DNA of 64,000 bases from positions 14,848 through 78,847 of the forward strand of contig CAMSQM010000006.1 of NCBI GenBank assembly GCA_947062675.1, given 5' to 3'. The translations under genes and the position numbers were made by a program. Of the stretch, positions 60,278-64,000 are shown in pieces. Position 1 is the stretch's first letter, and each line of letters begins with the position of its first letter. The notes under the pieces are model-generated. The model was not told where the DNA came from, did no database searches, and was given only the letters and a program-made list of their open reading frames with translations. Source of the stretch: an uncultured Roseburia sp. (lineage in GTDB: Bacteria; Bacillota; Clostridia; Lachnospirales; Lachnospiraceae).

Positions 60278-60526
60278 ATGACTGACCCGATAGAACAGAT
60301 AAACAATATATCTGATATGGACGATTTCTTAAATTTTGTTATTCAATTAGCAGAGGATGCAAAAGAGCACCCGGAAGAATGGTCAAATACGACTATTACT
60401 GATTATCTGGGACAAATGGCAAGCTGGATAGAGGACTGCTATATGCCTGAAGATAAAATAAACTTTGAAAAGCCGGACTATAAAACATTGGCAAAAATTT
60501 TATATATGGGAAAGATTTATGAGTAA
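60278..60526 (+). CDS. Small acidic protein, immunity-like (DUF7660-type resemblance, unverified)
   Basis: AAAGGAG RBS; EEWSNTTITDYL..SWIED..AKILYMGKIYE pattern. Confidence 0.7.
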   Translation: MTDPIEQINNISDMDDFLNFVIQLAEDAKEHPEEWSNTTITDYLGQMASWIEDCYMPEDKINFEKPDYKTLAKILYMGKIYE

Positions 60527-60779
60527 ATATTTTCACTTTATTTAATGAAATAATGCCATCAGGGACAGAGGGCGCTCTGCCTGCTGTTTTTTATGGCGAA
60601 AAGAGGTGCGGCCACGGCCGCGACCTGCATCCGGTCCTGCAGGCAGGCGGCGGGACTGAGCACCGTCCGGACTGGAGGAACAGTTTGCCTGCGGGCCCCA
60701 AAAAGCCTTGGGCTGTGTCCTCCCGCCTCTGCGCCTCGGCCACAGACGCCGATGGGTTTTTGCTGATGAAAAGCGAATA

Positions 60780-61085
60780 CTAGGCGGCCACGGCCCATAT
60801 CGCTCATGCCATTAGGGGGCGCGCGGACTGCAACCGCTGCGTGTTCTTCTCTGACGGCGTTTCCAAAAGGAACTGGTCTGCCAGTATATTGTAGCGAAGC
60901 GTGAGCTCAAAGAAAATCTGCAAACCTGGGTACTGCCCGTTGTTCGCGATGTTCACAGGATAGCGTGGGGAGATATACATTTCGTCGCTGACTTTTCTGC
61001 AGCCTTCTTTGCGAGCTTTCCGCGCCGCTTTTATTGCTTCGCCAAAAGCCCCGAAGCCGTATTTTTCTACTGGTCATTTTGCCAT
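60780..61085 (-). pseudogene. Decayed XRE-family HTH regulator of the type found on Firmicutes ICEs
   Basis: MAK*PVEKYGFGAFGEAIKAARKARKEGCRKVSDEMYISPRY..LQIFFELTLRYNI..; TGA at codon 4 and a frameshift near the 3' end. Confidence 0.75.
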
Positions 61086-61186
61086 ATTCATTCACTCGGT
61101 TACATTTTACTATTCCCCTTTCTTCCGAGATATGTCTGTACACTTCCTGCTATGAACTAAAATAGTGATTATTATAACAAATAAAG

Positions 61187-61630
61187 TTGATGCCTGCCTG
61201 TGCATTTTCACACAATGCGAAATTACTGATATTGGACGAACCGACAAGTGGACTCGATCCTGTTACTCGTGACGAATTTTTGGAAATCCTGCAGGACTAT
61301 ATTAAAGACAGAGAAAGAAGCGTTATGTTCTTAACGTATATTAACTCTGGCCTGGAGCAGGTTGCCGATTATATTACACTTATCAATCAGGGCAATATGA
61401 TTTTTACGGGCAGTATGGAAGATTTATTGAATAGTTATCGGCTTATTAAAGGGAAACCACGCGATTTAACAATAGAACTTGAAAAAACATAATTGGTTTT
61501 CGCAGGACTGGTATGGGCTTTGACGGACTTATAAGCGCGAAAGCTGCGACACAATATAATAATTATATTATTGGTGATGTCAAAATTGATGATGTTGTCG
61601 TGCGTATAGGTAAAGAAGGCAGAAAAATAC
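61187..61630 (+). pseudogene. ABC ATP-binding protein remnant (5' truncated, frameshifted)
   Basis: Begins just before Walker B (LLILDEPTSGLD) with no Walker A; frameshift in the A6 tract 61482-61487 joins to IIGFRRTGMGFDGL. Confidence 0.85.
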
Positions 61631-61632
61631 GA

Positions 61633-62220
61633 ATGGTGCTTTCGGGATTGCTAAACTGGACTTTTATTACTATGAAAAATGCAGGCCGTTTTATATGCTA
61701 TTATGGTACTGATTATTGCCATGTTTTCTATTATGGATTCGTCAATAATTGTATCATTCTTGTCATACGGGAAAAAAATAATCTTAATCTGTTATACGGC
61801 TCTGTTTCAATGGAACTAAAAGATATTGCACCTGGGTGACACATTTTTGCGCTTTTCAATTGTGTAATTTCTCTTGTTACGGTTATTGCTGTTTCTTTGA
61901 TAGTATCTTCCTTTCGGGATATATTTTTAGATGTATCAGATATTTAGCCTGTCGTTGTTGATTTTTCAATTATAACAGGAGTACAAATGCCGTTATTTTT
62001 CAGGATGGGATACACAAAAGCAAGGATGCGGGCAATAGACCCGTTCTCTGTAGTAATGTTACTGGTTACCATTCCGTCATTTATAACTGTATTGTCTGCT
62101 TTTGTTCAATCAGTAATATCAAATTGAAGTATGGTAATCGCAGCTGGTATTGTAGCGAGCTGTGCTATTTAGCTAATCTCTTACAAAATTGCTGTTGTTG
62201 TATACCGAAAACGAAAATAA
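61633..62220 (+). pseudogene. ABC-2-type permease remnant with several internal stops
   Basis: IAKLDF, REKNNLNLLYGSVS, QMPLFFRMGYTKA, YKIAVVVYRKRK*; internal TGA/TAG codons. Confidence 0.75.
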
Positions 62221-62663
62221 GGAGGTGCCCCTGCATGAAATGTAAAACCTGTAAAAAGCATATGAAAGCCGTGATAACCAGCTTTTTTGTTGTCGATAAC
62301 AGAAAAGCAGAGAATCGACCACTAATGAAAGTGATATGTTCTCTACACCTGCCTGTATACTGTTTGTCAGCGTTGATGATAAGTTATTATGAATGCTTCC
62401 TTATCAATGGAAAATAAAGGAAAAACGCGGATATACCAAGTGATAAGGAGTTATATAGACCATGATAAAAATACTATTTATATGCCACGGAAACATCTGC
62501 ATAAGACATATGCCCCAATTAAGCTTTTATTGGATAAATTCAAGAATCCGGTTTTATTGTAAATATTTTGTAGAATCCTGTTGCATTATGTTGTAATTTG
62601 TATTACACTACAGAAAGAGTTTTTTGGTTTTTGTTTTGTATTTTCTACATTTAATTTATTAAA

Positions 62664-63185
62664 ATGGGAGATATAATACTTATGATTAAACTATATCAAG
62701 AAAGCCGCCAAGCAAGATATTGGATAAAATACTCAGTAATACCATCTTTTATACCTGTTATATTAATTGTTGCATATGATTGTATATTAGGATGTGATTT
62801 AGTAAATATAATAAATAGACATTTGGTAGATTTCATTTTAGTTGTTTTTGCAGTGGTTGTAAGCGTTTACTGTTCGGCAAATGAGCTGAAGAAAAAAATG
62901 AAATCTGATAGTGCTGAAGAAAAAAGTGATAATTACGTTCTCTTTTCCTTACTCGCTGGGATATGGTGTACGGCATTTTTTACCTTTTTTTATGATAGAC
63001 TTAAGCCGGAGGAAAGCTTATCATGTGAAAAAATTGGATTTTGTTTTGCACAAATTTTCCTTACTTATTTAGTATTCTATTTCGGTATGAAAACAGAAAA
63101 AGAATTGGAGTCATTGCCAAAAACAAGCTCCTCTGAAAGCACTAATAATAAACAGTCACAAGAGGAGAATCCGCCTGATGTTTAA
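62664..63185 (+). CDS. Hypothetical AT-rich membrane protein (about 4 TM)
   Basis: 173-aa ORF with hydrophobic segments; stop overlaps the next start. Confidence 0.65.
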   Translation: MGDIILMIKLYQESRQARYWIKYSVIPSFIPVILIVAYDCILGCDLVNIINRHLVDFILVVFAVVVSVYCSANELKKKMKSDSAEEKSDNYVLFSLLAGIWCTAFFTFFYDRLKPEESLSCEKIGFCFAQIFLTYLVFYFGMKTEKELESLPKTSSSESTNNKQSQEENPPDV

Positions 63186-64000
63186 CAAAAAAAAGAATTT
63201 GATCATGTATGTTGTATTTATAATGTTTACTATTTTTTTTCTGTGGAATGCTTTTGCCCAAAGAAAAAAAATGATTTTATTATACGAATCTGGTGTAGAA
63301 AAAATTAGCAATAAAGAATATATTGAGGCTCGAGAAATTTTAAGTGAGTTAGGTGATTATAAAGACAGCTTTGACAAAATAAAAATAGCTCAGCTCTTAG
63401 AACAAAAAAAAGAAATATGCGATAAAGCTATTGAAGAGTTTAATGCCGGAAATTATGAAAATGCTATCAGGTTATTTGAAAAAATCGAGGATTTTAAAGC
63501 AAGTAAAGATTATACTAAAAAGAATGAAGAAATCGTTGAACTGTTTGAACAGATAGACGGATTCAAAGATAGTAAAGAATATATAGTAAAAGCTAATGCT
63601 CTTTTAAATGAAAAGAACAATAATGAATCTATATATAATCAAGCATATGATAATTATGAATCTGATAATTTTATTTTAGCAATTCAAGATTTTTTAAAAT
63701 TAAATGATTACAAAAACAGCGAAGATATGATCCGGGAATGCAGATTAGAACTAGCAAGATTACAACAAGCTACTACCATATCTGCCGGAATCCGTTCTTC
63801 AGTTGGAATGATAAGAAACGGAAAGGTTTATTTGGCAGGTGATGACTACTATTCTTGGAAATCTGTACTTGATACATGGAATGATATTATATCAATTTGT
63901 GTTAAAGGGAATTTTGTAGTAGGTTTAAAAAAGGACGGAACAGTTGTTATGGCTGGCAAAGTACCTGAATATTATGTTGGCACAAAGACCTGGACCGATA
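63178..64000 (+). CDS. Membrane-anchored TPR-like + RCC1/BLIP-II repeat protein (3' truncated by window edge)
   Basis: AGAGGAG RBS; open frame to the window end; N-terminal TM, GDYKDS-type helical repeats, then WNDIISICVKGNFVVGLKKDGTVVMAG propeller blade. Confidence 0.75.
   Translation, partial: MFNKKKNLIMYVVFIMFTIFFLWNAFAQRKKMILLYESGVEKISNKEYIEAREILSELGDYKDSFDKIKIAQLLEQKKEICDKAIEEFNAGNYENAIRLFEKIEDFKASKDYTKKNEEIVELFEQIDGFKDSKEYIVKANALLNEKNNNESIYNQAYDNYESDNFILAIQDFLKLNDYKNSEDMIRECRLELARLQQATTISAGIRSSVGMIRNGKVYLAGDDYYSWKSVLDTWNDIISICVKGNFVVGLKKDGTVVMAGKVPEYYVGTKTWTD

Noticed and set aside
62124-62417. Cys-rich 97-aa ORF in the ORF track
   Set aside because: Its 5' part overlaps the permease pseudogene in another frame; the remainder (ATG 62235 with RBS) has no recognisable motif, so I cannot support it as a gene.
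1-64000. rRNA, tRNA, tmRNA, integrase or transposase genes
   Set aside because: No cloverleaf or T-loop signatures, rRNA-like stretches or recombinase motifs were seen by eye; a tRNAscan/Infernal run would confirm.

Overview
Chromosomal window from a GC-rich, spore-forming Clostridia bacterium, most likely Lachnospiraceae-like (inferred from gene content: class-II archaeal/eukaryote-type proS, hup-yabO-yabP-yabQ-divIC block, cotS-like gene, MCP, four GGDEF proteins). About 50 kb is housekeeping, sporulation and signalling backbone (proS, cca, lepB, iscS-iscU, leuA, nth, mfd, pth, pgm, two-component systems). The main accessory elements are: (1) a stand-alone 1316-aa restriction-endonuclease-like + NACHT/STAND ATPase gene, a candidate NLR-like antiphage protein; (2) a LeuA carrying a C-terminal AraC HTH and leading into two coupled diguanylate cyclases; (3) an unknown-domain/CsoR fusion whose metal-binding Cys is replaced by Ser; (4) two diverged direct-repeat copies of a ~238-bp cassette, each with promoter-like motifs, RBS and a 34-aa ORF under apparent purifying selection, followed by its own terminator and flanking a Crp/Fnr-MATE pair (missed by the ORF track); (5) a secreted protein with six Cys/His repeats; (6) a GntR-linked sugar-acid catabolic locus whose ABC solute-binding gene has an in-frame TAG; (7) an AT-rich right end with decayed ICE-type XRE and ABC pseudogenes and a TPR/RCC1-like gene running off the window. 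I saw no rRNA, tRNA, CRISPR array, integrase or transposase. All family assignments come from motifs read by eye; no searches were run.
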